Shown: positions 36,301 through 49,252 of the stretch, piece after piece
How the letters are laid out: every line of letters begins with the position of its first letter
Numbering within the stretch: the stretch's first letter is position 1
Source: Felis catus
Lineage: Eukaryota
Direction: 5' to 3'
Length of the DNA: 64,000 nucleotides
Assembly: GCF_018350175.1 (NCBI RefSeq)
Contig: NC_058368.1
Location: 227,418,001 to 227,482,000, forward strand
The notes under the pieces: model-generated
Told to the model about the DNA's origin: nothing
Databases searched by the model: none
What the model saw: the letters and a program-made list of their open reading frames with translations, nothing else
Position numbers and translations under genes: made by a program

Positions 36301-38399
36301 CGTGCTCACCAGGCAGACTCACGGGTCTACCGAGTGTGGTACCTATGACTGTCCAAGGGAATGAGGCAAAGGCAGCATTCAGCGGATCAGAAACATCTGC
36401 TTTGTACGTAAAGTTATCCTTGAATGGCTTTGGAATAATGTATTCCATGGGATTGAGGAACATATCTTGTAAATAGAAAAGTCTAGGTGGGAAGTGGGAA
36501 ATCTGGTATAAGTTTGCACGTCACTTGGTTTCAATAAAATAGGGATAAAAATAACAACTACGTCATGGCATAAGATAGTGATAATAATAACCCTTGAGTA
36601 AGCTAACCTTGGAGTGCTTACTACGGGCCATGCATTGTCCTAAGCTCTTTACATGTAATAAAGACAACAGCAAAATTCAAAAATATTGGCCATTACCATT
36701 GCTTCTAAAACTTCTGTTTAGCATTAGACTTTTTCGCAAACAAAATCTTACTCAGAACAGCACATAAACAAGAAAGGCGGGGGCGGGGGGCAGAGCTGCG
36801 CTCTGTGTAGCTGGAACGAGGGCACATGGCCGATGGGTCCCCCATTCCACACTGGGCATTCCTGTCACCCCAGGCGAGCGCCTAGGGACCACCACAGGGT
36901 CCTGCAGCTCCTGAGGGCCTGGTTGAAAACTTGCAGGCTTCTCTGTGAAGAACCACAACAGTTAATCACCCTGAGGCTGGCCAGAGGCACAAGGAGCCAG
37001 GAAAAACGTGGGGCACACATCCCCGCTACAAACACCAGACTGCCAAAGGTATGCTAAGGATTTTGAGCTTCTCCGACAGTGGGCGGGTCACCCCTGCTTC
37101 CTGTTTCCTCCCGGGTCTTCTTGGGGCCTCAGGGCATTGCACCAAATCATCTTGGGCGCCACTTCCCTGTCTAGTATTCCAGCTCCGACAGTGTCTTTCC
37201 CATAATATGGTGCACAGATGCTCAGTGCATGAGTCTCAATACCCAGTGAAAAAGAAACAGTAAAACTGGCTACCAAAAAATGCTTTCCACCCCTACCCGT
37301 TCCGTGGGTTTCCTTCGGTTGCTGTCCATTTAGTTTTTATTGTCAAGTGTTACTTGTTAGCATTTGCTATGATTTCAGAAGTGAATCTGGGTCTCCTTCT
37401 TACGAAAAGAGGGGTAGGTAAAAATAACTCGCTCCCATCCTAGCTTTGGCAAGGGACTCGAAAACACTTTCACCTCCAAACATGACTGGTAAAGAAAGGA
37501 AACTATGCTCCTAAGTCCTCAGAGGTTATGTGGTTATGTTTTGGAGGGGAAAAAAAAGTTTTCCATAACCTGATCCTTGAATCACATTCTTGCACTGTGC
37601 ACAGGAACTACAGTCCCCACAGGCTGGAGCTGAGGAAAGAATTCTGAGTTCCCAGTGCTGGCACACCTTGAACTTGACGCATTGGAAGGAAAAATTCCTG
37701 ATTGTTAGGTTAAGTCCAGAGCAGGCACCTTTCTGCCTCCCAAACCAGCTTTCTCCTGCTGAGCCCTACCCCCATTTCCAGCTTTGCTTTCTCTCCCAAA
37801 GTAAGGCAAAGAGAAAGGGAGGAAAAAATCACATCATGAAAAGTTCAGATGAATACACCCACAGGAAATATTTGGCTAATTCGATTATCATTCAGGGTGC
37901 AGAAAGGTTGAAAGGGAGTTCAATTTCCAAACTTTTGAGGCTGGGAGGTAAGTCAATTACAGAATTCTAGACTGGGAGGGGCCTTATGGATCAGCTACCC
38001 CACCATGAGGAGGTAGAAGTCCAGAGTGGCTGTGGCTTCCAGGCACACAGTCCTGGGCAGAATGAGGTCTAGAACTCATGTCCAGACTCCCAGAACAGCA
38101 CTGTTTCCACCACACCCAACAGCTTGCTGTGTGAATCAAAAGCTCCTGCTGGGACCAAGAACCCCAGTCAATAACCAGTACTGGCACCTGCCAACTTCCC
38201 ATAAACGCTGCCGTATCTGCAGCCCAAACTCGGCGCTTGTGAATCGGCACGCTCCCCCAAATCGCCGGCAGGTTCACACCCACCCCTGCGGGGGCCACCA
38301 GACAAACACGGAACGGGAACGTGCTCATAACTGAGAAGCAGCCACGTTCATCCTCCTCGGAGCGGGGCCTGGAGGGCACAGCTGAAGCGGGGGAAGGAA

Positions 38400-39500
38400 A
38401 ACACCCTTCACTCCTACCCCAGCTACCAACGCAGAGGGCAGAGACGCCCAGCCACAGGGACTGCGCCCCCACCTCGGCGACCAGACTTGCGCGCGCGACC
38501 TGGGCCATTCTGTGCTGCTGCTCCTGTCCTTGGTGACATTTTTGTTCAACAGCCAGCTTTTCTCTGCTGTTCAGCAAGTCTCGACTGCTGCGAAGGTGTG
38601 GGCCACATCCTCCGCCACCAAAGCGCGAAACGCGTCAACTTCCCCCGCCACCCCGACAACAATCAAGTTCTCAGAGGGGACACCTAGAAGGGGGCGCTGC
38701 CCCTCCTCGGCGGCAGAGCCCGACCCCGGCCGCTGCCTGAGCCCCCCACCCCGTTCCAGCCCACCAGACGGGCTCCCTCCTCCCAGGAACCTGCCCTCCC
38801 TGCCTCGGCAGGTCGCTCGCGGCCTCGACCCAAACAGATCTGCCTCCCGAGGGCGCGTTCCCATTCAGACGCGACGCGACCCCCGTCCGCGACGGCAGCC
38901 CCAACGCTGCCGGGGGTGTTTTGAGGCTGCAGCCCCCTGCCCTGGGGCGGCGCCCCGGACCTTCCAACCCTCAGCGCGCAGGGGGACTGCCCGCGGGCCC
39001 CCTCCCCGCCCCCGGCCCGGCGCCCACCTGCCGTTGGGGCGCGAGGACCCTCCCGCTCCCGCGCCCGCACCCGCGGGGGGCTTCTCGGCGCCGCCATGCC
39101 GGCCGCGCGCTGCGGACGGGCGCGGAGCCTCCTCCGTCGGTCAGTCAGACGCCGCGGCCGCCCGCCGGCGCCGGGGATCGCTTCCCCGCGGCTGGCTGGC
39201 TCGAGAGGCGCGGGGTGGGGACCGCGGTCGGCGCTCCCGCCCGGGAGAGCCCGGGGGCCGACCGACGCGCGGGGCCGCCAATGGGAGGCCGCGGCGGAGG
39301 TGGGCGGGCTCTCGGGCGGAGATGGGCGGGGCCTCCGCGCACAGACGGGGTCTACCGTCGGCAGCTTCGGGCTCCCGGCGCTGTGCGCGCAGCGTGGAAG
39401 CCGCTCCTGGGTTCCCGTCGCTGCTCCTCCGGAGACGTCCTGGGGTTTCCACCTGGACGGATTCCGCGACCTCTCTGGCACTTTACATCGAAAGCCCATT
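38400..39500. promoter_or_regulatory. CpG-island promoter of OTULINL with CCAAT box and GC boxes
   Basis: Very GC- and CpG-rich and spans exon 1. CCAAT at 39278-39282; GGGCGG boxes at about 39302, 39314 and 39324. Confidence 0.9.
39028..39097 (-). CDS. OTULINL: OTULINL coding exon 1 (MAAPRSPPRVRAREREGPRAPTA/G)
   Basis: ATG in strong Kozak context (gccggcATGG) inside a CpG island; donor CAG|gtgggc; phase 1 fits exon 2. Confidence 0.9.
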
Positions 39501-40229
39501 GAGTGGGAATCAAAGAAACGTGGTGCGTGGGATGATGGGGGAGAGGGACAGGTGCCTTTTCCCTCTCCACGGCGAGGGTGCAGAAGGATTGCCATCCCTG
39601 GCCGAGACAAGAACCCGCTGATGGGTCACGGCCATGGGAGGGCCAGACTGGAATCCAGATGTTGCTGTTGGCCCAGGGCCTCTTCCACTACTTAGGGCAC
39701 ATTTTTTTAAAAAATCTTTATTTTCCCCTAGATCAGCAGAACGGTTATGCTTACTCAGAAGTCACAGTGTACCTTAGTAGCCGGAATATGTGCGTTAATG
39801 ACAAGATTAATCTTCTGATAAAGTGGGTTATCAAAAAGAAAAAAATAAACAGCTCAACAATAAAAAGGCGCTCACAACAAGGTTCTTTTGCCCCTGGTTT
39901 TCTATTCAGAGGGACCCTTTCTCGGAAGAAAAGGGAAGAAAATGGAAATCCTGATGAACACTTCCTTTTTCTCCAATATACACAATTCCAGACAGAAACA
40001 GATTTGCGTGTGGCATGTTTTGGCACCTTTTGAAACAAACTCCATAACTAAAGAAAGACGTGGAAAACACTCTGGAATCTTCGGTGGCTCCAGTATACTT
40101 AGGTCAATGTCAAGGAATTGAATCACTTTCCCCTTTTCTGAATCTCAGAGCAAAGGATCACAGGTCTTTGGGAATTCTGGCAAAATTCTAAGAGCAACAG
40201 GAGTTAATATAATTCGAGGCATTTACTGA

Positions 40230-40400
40230 CAGCTGACATCAGGCCAGGCACTTGGATAATCCTTCTATGTATTATTTTACATATTATTTCACTTAATCCT
40301 CACACTTGCCCATGCGGTAGGTTACTACCTCCGGTTTGCAGATGAGAAAACTGAGGCTCAGTAAATGCTAATGCAGGGGTTGAACCAGGGTCTGATCTCT
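40230..40400 (-). mobile_element. MIR
   Basis: Core ttttcacttaatcctcac...gcagatgagaaaactgaggctcag. Confidence 0.75.
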
Positions 40401-40914
40401 CAACCACCCCATCATTCTGCAACCCATGATTCACAAAAGATAATAAAAATGTTCCCAAACTCTGCTGCATGTTTAAAAAAAAAAAACAAACAAACAACCT
40501 TTTATCCAAACCAAATTTTAACTTAGAGGGCTAGTTTTCTGCAGCCATAAACCATGACTTGCGTGTACTGAGTCATGTTACTCATACAAAGTAAATGGCT
40601 TAAAATTGCTGTGCCTAATTACAACCTAAACAAGGTTATAAGCAGTGATGAGTAAAATTGTCTATTCTAGAAGCTGAAAATACCAGAACTAATTTCTTGT
40701 GGCATAATAAAATAAAATTTACTGAAGTCCTTTAACCACAAAACAAATTAGCCAGTATCCTTGCCCTCCTCCCACGAGATAATATTTATGAACACAGCTG
40801 TTCGGACTCAGCCAAAATCCTTTCAAATAATTCACGGTCAGGATTTTGTGGTTTGCTGTAATGTTCATTGTTACTCCAAAAGCTGAGCGGGAGGCCTCTT
40901 AAAATGGTACTGTA

Positions 40915-41135
40915 CTTACAGACCTAGACCTTGGAGCCAGACTGCCTGGCTTGCCTGTGTACTAGCCACATGGTCTTGTACAATTATTGAACATTTCGGT
41001 GTCTCAGTTTCCTCACCTATAAAATGGGGCTTCTGGGAGTACCTTCCCCATGAGGTTGTTTTGGGCATAAAGTGATTAAATATGTCCAATTCCCGTAGAG
41101 TAATGCTTGGCCCATAATAAACACCATATAAATAT
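40915..41135 (+). mobile_element. MIR
   Basis: Core tctcagtttcctcacctataaaatgggg. Confidence 0.7.
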
Positions 41136-41229
41136 TAGCCAAATAAAGGATGTGACTACACATAGAGATTTTGGCTTTCTGGTCTACCCATGTGTGATTT
41201 ACTACATGTCTTAACAAAACAAAATGAAA

Positions 41230-42135
41230 ACGCCCCACAAATATTAAACCATAACTCCCCATTCTTCCTCCTCCTTCATCCCCAGCCCCTAGCAAACATC
41301 ATTCTACTCTCTGTCTTTGACTACTTTCTGAATGTGACCACACTAGCTACGTCATATAAGTGGAATCACACAGTATTTGTCTTTTTGTGACTGGCTTATG
41401 TCACTTAGCATAATAATGTCTTGACGATTCAGCCATGTTGTAGCATATGCCAGAATTTTCTTCTTTTTAAGGGCGTCTGGGTGGCTCAGTCGGTTTGAGG
41501 GTCTGACTCTTGGTTTCGGCTCAGGTCATGATCTTGCGGTTCACGGGTTTGAGCCCCACACTGGGCTCTGTTGATGGTGCGGAGCCTGCTTGGGATTCTC
41601 TTTCTCCTTCTCTCCCCGCCCCTCCCCCACTCGTGCTCTTTCTCTTTCTCACTCTGTTTCTCAAAATAAATAAATAAACTTAAGAAAGAAAGAATTTCCT
41701 TCTTTTTAAAGCTGAATTATATATTTCATTTTGGGTAGATAGATCACGCTTTGTTTATTCATTCATTCATCAATGGACAGTTGGGTTGCTTCCTCATTTT
41801 GGCTATTGTAAATAATGCTGCTATGAACATAGGTGTACACATAACCTATTTATGAGTTTCTGCTTTCAATTCTTTTGGGTGTAAACCTAGAAGTAGAATT
41901 GCTGAATCATATGGTAATTCTTAACTTTTTGAAGAAGAGCCACACTATTTTCCACAGCAGAAAACACTCCCACCAACAATGCATAGGGTTCCAATTTCTC
42001 CACATCCTTGCCAACACGTTGTTTTCTATTTTTTTTTTAATAATAGCCATCCTAATGGGTACGAAGTGATCAGGGATGCTGAGTATCTTTTTATGTGCTT
42101 ATTAGACATTTGTATATCTTCTGTGGAGAAAGTCA
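41230..42135 (-). mobile_element. Old L1MA/MB-type 3' fragment interrupted by a SINE
   Basis: Typical antisense L1 3' motifs (atataagtggaatcacacagtatttg, ttattcattcattcatcaatggac, catccttgccaacac). Confidence 0.85.
41471..41690 (+). mobile_element. CanSINE nested in old L1
   Basis: TSD agaattt(t/c)cttctttttaa. Confidence 0.92.
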
Positions 42136-42328
42136 TTTAAATTATTTGACTATTCATTGTCTTTGCGAACATTACACCATCATTGTTGATATCCATAAAA
42201 ATTAAAATCTGAGAAACCCTTCTGTCTACTTCCCTCTTGCACTGTAACTGAGCATATGTTGCTTCTTATTTACATGGAGTCCCCGAATTAGTACAAAAAT
42301 TTTTATTCCAAAATCAAGTGGGGCCAGT

Positions 42329-42709
42329 TTTTTTTTTTTTTAAGCTTATTGATTTTGAGAGGGTGGGGAGGAGCAGAGAGAAAGGAGACAGAGAGAATCC
42401 CAAGCAGGCTCCTTGCTGTCAGTGTAGAGCCTGATGCGGGTCTTGGGCCCACGAAATCATGAGATCATGACCTAAGACGAAATCAGGAGTTCCACACTTA
42501 ACCAACTGAGCCACCCAAGCGCCCCAGATCATTTTTTTTCAAATATTTTGTAATTTATTTTGAGAGAGAGAGAGAGACAGAATCTGAAGCAGGCTCCAGG
42601 CTCCGAGCTGTGAGCACAGAGCCTGATGCGGCGCTCGAACTCACAAACTGTGAGATCATGACCTGAGCCGAAGTCGGATGCTTAACCGACGGAGCCACCC
42701 AGGCGCCCC
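42329..42709 (-). mobile_element. Two tandem CanSINEs
   Basis: Heads end at about 42525 and 42709. Confidence 0.9.
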
Positions 42710-43477
42710 TAGATGAGTTTTTTCAATAGAGGAAATGTGAAGACGTTACTAGGTGTTTGTGGTGGTGGTGAAGATCATGATGATGCAGATCACACATGGT
42801 AATGTGTGACAGTTGAGCACTTAATGAAGTGCTCTGTTCAGTGCTCTTTATGTATGAATTAATTCACCCCCCCACTTGAGATATATACGATTATTATTCC
42901 CAATGTACAGACAAAGGAGCTGAGTCACAGAGGGTATAAAGTATCTAAGTATCTAGCACTAGGTCATTCAGCTAGTAAATGGCAACTTGGTATTTGAGCC
43001 CAGCCTCCAAGGCCATATGGAAAGTACCCCCCCCCCCAACACACACCCAAAAAAAATCACTTTCCAGGAACTCAATGAGTTCCTGAAAGGCACATCTGAT
43101 CTTCTTCCTAAACGAGCTGAGCCTAGGAGAAACATGGTCTACCCTGCAACGTGCCGCTCCCCACCCCCCTCCCCAGCCCTGGTGAGATGCCCCCAGCACA
43201 GCATGAGGGTGAGTACACGCTGTGAGGACAGAGACTAGGGTGAAACCAAGGCCCAAACTGTCATTGCACAACCGGTGCGGAGAAATCCAGAGGGTCAAGG
43301 CAGGAATGGGGAAGCCAAGGTGTGACGTTCAACCAGGCTGGGAAGCCAGGAGGGTCCTTGAGAGAGATGCCAACATGGCAGGAGCAGAAGGAGACCCTGA
43401 AGCTGTCCGGAGGGCACTGGACGCTCCTGTGACTCCCCCACTGGGGCCTTTAAGCTGTCCATGCTGGGACCTCCTGC

Positions 43478-43860
43478 TGTTAGTTCCCAAACTGACCCCG
43501 GAAACAGAAGACAAGGAGAGGCCAGAGGAAGAGGGAGGCCACTCCAGACTGCTAGGTGGCACTGTTAACAGACAAGGGAACTTACTTGTGAGGCTTGTCT
43601 TGGGCGGCTTCCAGATGATTGGATCTCCGCACCCACCTGCCAAATCTTAAAAGTTTATAAAGAGGCCTTAATTGGGTTCAGCCACGCATATGGTCCAGAC
43701 GGTACTCTCGCCACCTTGCTCTCTCCAGGCTCTGTCCTTGGAACAGCTCCCACCGTGGGACAACCGTGTTCCAAACACTGGGTGTGAGGGGGCCTGAGGA
43801 GCCTCTGCCCAGATCAACCAGCAGGCAGCTCCATTCTCCGGATGACCTTTTTTCAGCAAA
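43478..43860. mobile_element. Possible carnivore LTR
   Basis: LTR-like composition starting tgttag; family not firmly recognised. Confidence 0.35.
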
Positions 43861-46055
43861 TGGGACAATTCAAAATGTGTTCCTTGGTCTGGGATTTTTG
43901 TCCACTGTAAAAATGATACCAATCAACTAAATCACAATGCTATCCCATCAGTCATCTACACCTTAATATCAGTAAACCTTGGATCTTTCTAAGAGCAGAT
44001 GTTGAACAGGAGAGTGCCAAGGGAGCCTAAGAGCTGGCTAATAGGATAAAGGAGGTCAGCTGAGAGCTGTAAAGGGAACTGAAAGATGAGGGGGTGGTGT
44101 GTGTGGAAAAGAACTTCGCAATTTTGTGCAGGTCCAGACCAGAACTTAGCGTTTCCTTATTTTGTTTATTTTTAGCAAATTCGATGGCTTCACTCTTCCC
44201 CCAATTCCGGACACCTGTCCGGCCGGCAGTTTGCGTAGAGCTGGGCTTGCTTCCCACTTCTGGGCTTTGATCAAGCGTGGGCTTTCCCTCTCCCGTCCCC
44301 TGGCTAACTGCAGTGGTCTCTCCCAGCCGTGCTCCAGGCTGCTCTCCTTGGGGAAGCAACTCCAGGCCAACCTCGAGGAGTTAGCACCGAGGCTCCACCC
44401 TCCCGTGCATTCCTGCTGTTCCCACAGCACCCAGGATGCCGCGAGCTACCGGCCCACGTCCTCATCTTTCTCCACACTTGACTGTGAGACCTAGATCTGT
44501 GTCCCCTGGGTCTTCCGTTCAATGTCTGGGGGACTCGGAATGAGTGCTTGCAGGATGCACCGTGCAGGAATCACGCCTGCCTTCCATGGCTCACCATTGG
44601 TCTCCTCAATGGTCTCCATGGTCTCCTCATCACCAGACTCAGTCTGCAGACGGCTTCCTTCTCTTCCTCTACAAGGGGGCTCCGAGCACTCCGAGGTCCT
44701 CGTCCGTAAATTTGCCTTCCTCTGATGGCACTTCCTCCCTCATGCCTGCTAAGCTTTTTAAGACGGCAGGGACAGCAAGCAGGAGCCTGGCCACACGAAC
44801 ATACGAATGAAAAAACAAACTCTCTGTATAATTTGAAGATGAAGTAAAAATATACGGAGAGCCACAGTCTCTAAAACTTTTGGATGTTTTACTGGGCTTG
44901 CAGCTCTGGTTCACCAACAAAGCATATTTTTATATTTAGTTAAAGAGGAACAAACAAACTGGAGCCTTTGTGGCTTTGTCTACCCCACCCCGCCTTCCAT
45001 TTTTAGAAGCAAACTGAGGGCTAGGGAAGAAAATCAGACTGCTCTTTTTCTCTGACTCGTTTATTCTTCAGGGTACCTGGGCAGGCCCACTCCATTAGGT
45101 AACTGCTTTTCTAGCCTCAAATTTTGCTTCGGGGTGATATCTAAGAGAGAGTAGCTGGTGGAAGAGAGTCAGTCTTAGAACTATCTAGATCTGGCTCCCC
45201 ACCATTGATTACTGGAATGATAATGGGAAATCACTTATCCTTTCTGCATCTCAATTTTCTTTCCTGTAAAGGCATAGAAGGTACTGGATGATTTCTCAGA
45301 CCCCATCTAATCCTGTAATTACGATTCTGAGATGAGCATTTCCTCCAACAGGTTGGCTTGCAAATGGGTGGCGCGTCTGAATGATTATGTATCAGGCAGC
45401 AAATAAAAAAAAAACTCATGGTGTCAAAAATATTGAATGACACTGGAAAGTCTCATATTTGTTTCTCTGGGGAGAAAGAAATGCTCTTTGCTCCTGTAGG
45501 GAGATGCTGTTGTGTGGATTAGAACTATAATGGGGACATCTGCAGCCCTTTTGTCACTATGAGGAAAAAGCTCTCCCAATATTGAGATGTGTATGGAGGA
45601 AGTAGAAACAAGAGAGGGAGAAAGAGCCTTATTACGTTAAGCTCTAGATTTAGCCCAAAGCAGTAATACTCCTGTATCTCGCAGTTACATGAGCCAAAAC
45701 ACTCCCCTTCCTCCCCCTACTCTTTTTTAGCATAAGCCTACTTAAGATGTTTCCTATCAGTTGCAAGTGAAACAATACTAATATAGGGTATGCAGCCAAG
45801 TTTTGTAGGAAAAAATATTTATTCACAGAAAAATATTGGAAGAACAAAGCCCAAAATATTAATAGTTGTTATCGTGGGCGATGAGATTATCTACGTACTT
45901 TTCAGCATTTTCTAAATTTTCCAAAATTATATATTACTGGCATAATTTTTAAATACTGTTTTGCTCCATGATTCCTTAAGAAACTGAGGAGACTTTTCTG
46001 TGTTGTAGAGAATCTTTCCTCCTTGTTTTGACCCTTTCACTGGAGGTTGAGATTG

Positions 46056-46280
46056 TTTTTTTTTTTTTTTTTGAATGTTTATATTTGAGAAAGAGAGAGG
46101 GAGAGACAGTGTGAGAGCAGGGGAGGGAGGGGCAGAGAGAGACAGCGACGGGATGTGAAGCAGGCTCCAGGCTCTGGGCTGTCAGCACAGAGCCCCACGT
46201 GGGGCTTGAACTCACGAACCATGAGATCATGACCTGAGCTGAAGTCGGATGCTTAACTGATTGAGCCACCCAGGCGCCCC
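46056..46280 (-). mobile_element. CanSINE
   Basis: TSD gaggttgagattg. Confidence 0.93.
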
Positions 46281-46353
46281 ATGAGGTTGAGATTGGATAC
46301 ACTATCGATGTTTCTTGTGGAATAGGTCGTTGCTCAGGCCCTAAATTCTGTAA

Positions 46354-46690
46354 TGGGGCAGGCAAACTTTCTGTAAAGGGCCACAGAGTAAATATTTGTG
46401 CGTTTGTGAGCTACAGACTCTTCACGGCAACTGCTCAGCTCTGCCATTGGGTCACGGGCGCAGCCCTAGAGAACTTGTAAATACATGACCATGGCCGCGT
46501 TCCAATAAAACTTTATTTAGGGACACTGAAATTCAAATTTTATATAATGTTCACGTCACAGAATCTTATGCTGCTTTCTGTTCCTTTTCAACCATTTATA
46601 AATGTAAAAGGCACGCTCAACTCACAAGCCTCACAAGGACAGGCGCTGGGCCACGTTTGGCCTGTGAGATGTAATTCGCTGACTCCCTGC
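46354..46690. mobile_element. hAT-Charlie relic (MER58-like)
   Basis: ggcaaactttctgtaaagggcca.agagtaaatattt...gttccaataaaactttattta motifs. Confidence 0.8.
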
Positions 46691-48475
46691 CCTACGACAT
46701 TGGGATTCCTACCATTACACCAGTTGTTGCTGCCCTTGGAGTTTCCGTGGCCTTCCGAGTTGAGTTTCCATGAGGAACAATAATCCTGCAGTGTCTGGCA
46801 TGGTTTTTCATTAAACCTCGTGGGGCTGGGACTTGATGATGATGTCCGTGTCTCGCTGGGCATTTGTGTTCTTCCCTTTCACCGAGAGGCTTCGAGGAGA
46901 CTCCCTGCTTTCTCACCCATGTTGGAGGCACACCCCCACGCCTCTGCTCAAGAAAGCAGCCATGTGGTGCTTCTTGGAACTGTCAAGCCCTACTTTGGAA
47001 TCTGACCTTGAAGCTGACAGAACTTGACAGGACTTTCTGCCGCCGGATTGGTTTTCTACTCCATAAAAATCCCTAAATGCGAGAAGTTTGTGTCAGAAAT
47101 ATTAAGTAACGACCAGCCAATAGCAATTTCAATTTTTAAAAGAATATTCCGTGTGGGAACGTTTGTGAAATTTCATTTTCAGAAGGAAAGGAAAGGTAAA
47201 GGGGGGTTACGTTGATTGCTATCTCGGCGTGTCAGTTAAGAACGTTTCCAGCTATGACTAACGACAAACTTAAATTACAGTGGCTAAAATGAATAAGCGT
47301 GTCAGGTCACAGGAAGTCCAGAGGCAGGCATTGTTGCCTTGGTTCCGCTTCTCGACCCTGTGACTCTCACGGTCCTTCCGACATGAAAGCTGTTGAGGCT
47401 CTAAGCATTGTGTTCAAATTCAGGGAAGGAAGAAGGGGAAGAGGCAGCACCAGCCACATTACCCTTCCCAGAAGCCCCCAGCAGACAACTCCTTAAGGGA
47501 CATTGTAGAAAATGATGTCAAGCAGCTAATGACCCTGACCGCAGGGGAAGCTGGGGAAACGTGATTTTTGGCTTTCTCAGTCTCTATGCTGTGGTAGGTG
47601 GGGGGTTGAAGGGGTGGATGGCAATAGAGAAGGGAGTTAGGAAGATCTGTTAAGTTGGCATAACACATATATGGTGCTAAAGTAATTCCCAATGGCAGGC
47701 AAAGCTCTTTCACCCTACAGCAGTGGGACAAGCCCCTCAAAGAAGCGTGGACTTCATCTGTCTCGTGCCCCGTGGTATCCCCAGCTCCTAGCACACTGCA
47801 ATCGCTCAGTGAAAACTTGCAGAATGAATGGAGGCGCCAATGACAAGAGCTCTTGGGAACTCATTGTTGATACGACCTATCCTTTTTTGGACAACACGCC
47901 GACAGAGAAGCCTTTGGTTCACTCATGCCCCTGCGAGCTTCAAGCACGGTTTAAAGCCGCACCATATGATAGAAGACCCTTACGCATAGCTCCACCCGCT
48001 GTCTCTGCCCATAATGTAAACCCTGCTGGAATTCCACCTGTTCACAAAGTGAGAGGAGGCGCCCTGTTTCTACCACCTTGCCCAGTTCAGAATGGAGCTT
48101 CTTTATGGCTACCTGGAGCCAGAAACCATGGGATGTATTCAGATAAAGAGGATAAGATGAGGAAGGGAGTGTGGCTAATGCTCATCCAGCCCTTCCTCTG
48201 CTCCAGACACTATGCTGGGAATTTTATGTTTTGTTATTCACACTTTATTTGATGAGGAAGAGAAAGCGCACACAATTAAGTGTAAGTCTTTGAGAAACAT
48301 CATGGGTTAGAAAAAACAAGATTAAAAAGGAACTTAAAAGGCCAAAAGCCAAAAACGGGTAGACAGTGGTTAACAGTGGCAAACTGCCCGAGTGCATTAA
48401 TTGTCACTTCTAACCTCAAGTGACCAGAGGAATTAAAAAAGAAGGACACATCAAATCAAAGAAATACCAGTAGGC

Positions 48476-48568
48476 AAAAAAAAAAAAGAAAAAAAAAGAA
48501 AAAGAAAAAGAAAGAGAAAAGGAAGAAAAGAAAAGAAAAGAAAAGAAAAGAAAAGAAAAGAAAAGAAA
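48476..48568. repeat. (AAAAG)n microsatellite
   Basis: Direct reading. Confidence 0.95.
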
Positions 48569-48749
48569 GTTACATCACATTTTTGGGTTAGAAAGGGTAG
48601 ATGGAGAAAGATTACTGAACAGATGCCCACTATAGAGAAAACCAAGAAGAAGAATAGCTACTAATAATCTTGGCAATATGTATCAGTTGGTTATTGATTG
48701 ATAATTATACTGATTATTAATACATTATGCTGATTGATTATTATATTAT

Positions 48750-48855
48750 CTCAGGGCTTTGTGTGCATCATCCCACTTAATCCTCACCAAAACCTCACAA
48801 AGTAGGTGAGATTATTATCCCTCTTTTACAGATGAGGAAACTGAGTCACAGAGCT
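48750..48855 (-). mobile_element. MIR
   Basis: cacttaatcctcac...ttttacagatgaggaaactgagtcacagag. Confidence 0.75.
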
Positions 48856-49216
48856 ACAACAAGATGCTTTGAAATTGGATCAGAGAATAAGAAAGAATTC
48901 ATGGAAATCAAAAACGTGATAATCCATATAAAACATTCAACAATGCCTGACCTGATTAACAATGTAATCAATGTTTAATTATTGTATGGGACCATTTACT
49001 TTATGGTTCTACTTTGCTTTTCCATTGTTTTACAATCTACACCTAGGTAGGTGCAAGGCAGAGCACCCTTTATAATATAAGGTCTCATTGGACAAGAGTG
49101 TAAGATTTTAGAACCCTGGGTTTTATCAGCAACTCTATTCTAGATCCCTCCTTTGAAGGGAATGGACAATGAAGAGAGGCCAATCAATTTTCCTTGGCTC
49201 ATTCAACCACTTGGGA

Positions 49217-49252
49217 GAGAGCGCCCAATCCTAACCACTAGACCACCAGGGA
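49217..49252 (-). pseudogene. 5' half of tRNA-Glu(CTC), tailless retropseudogene
   Basis: Minus strand reads TCCCTGGTGGTCTAGTGGTTAGGATTGGGCGCTCTC, 35/36 identical to the mammalian tRNA-Glu-CTC 5' half as recalled. Flanked by perfect 13-bp direct repeat ttcaaccacttgg (49202-49214, 49259-49271). Confidence 0.9.

Larger units (their letters stand above)
9641..39097 (-). other. OTULINL: OTULINL/FAM105A gene, coding span (8 coding exons, 358 aa)
   Basis: Exon lengths 70+160+32+92+150+129+270+174 = 1077 nt. Phases are consistent and all introns are GT-AG. The translation matches the FAM105A protein as recalled (MAA.RSP...SDQVHSW...EAEVDLLSY...DNYDALRS...ENDRHYHIPVF). Confidence 0.97.

Noticed and set aside
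38512..39621. 369-aa plus-strand ORF and overlapping 190-300 aa ORFs
   Set aside because: Low-complexity Arg/Pro/Gly/Ala products in several frames are expected in a stop-poor CpG island. Only the 70-nt minus-strand exon 1 is supported.
47692..48252. 186-aa plus-strand ORF
   Set aside because: It begins in L2-like DNA and has no recognisable homology or exon structure.
49217..49252. Functional tRNA-Glu gene
   Set aside because: The 3' half, B box and terminator are missing.
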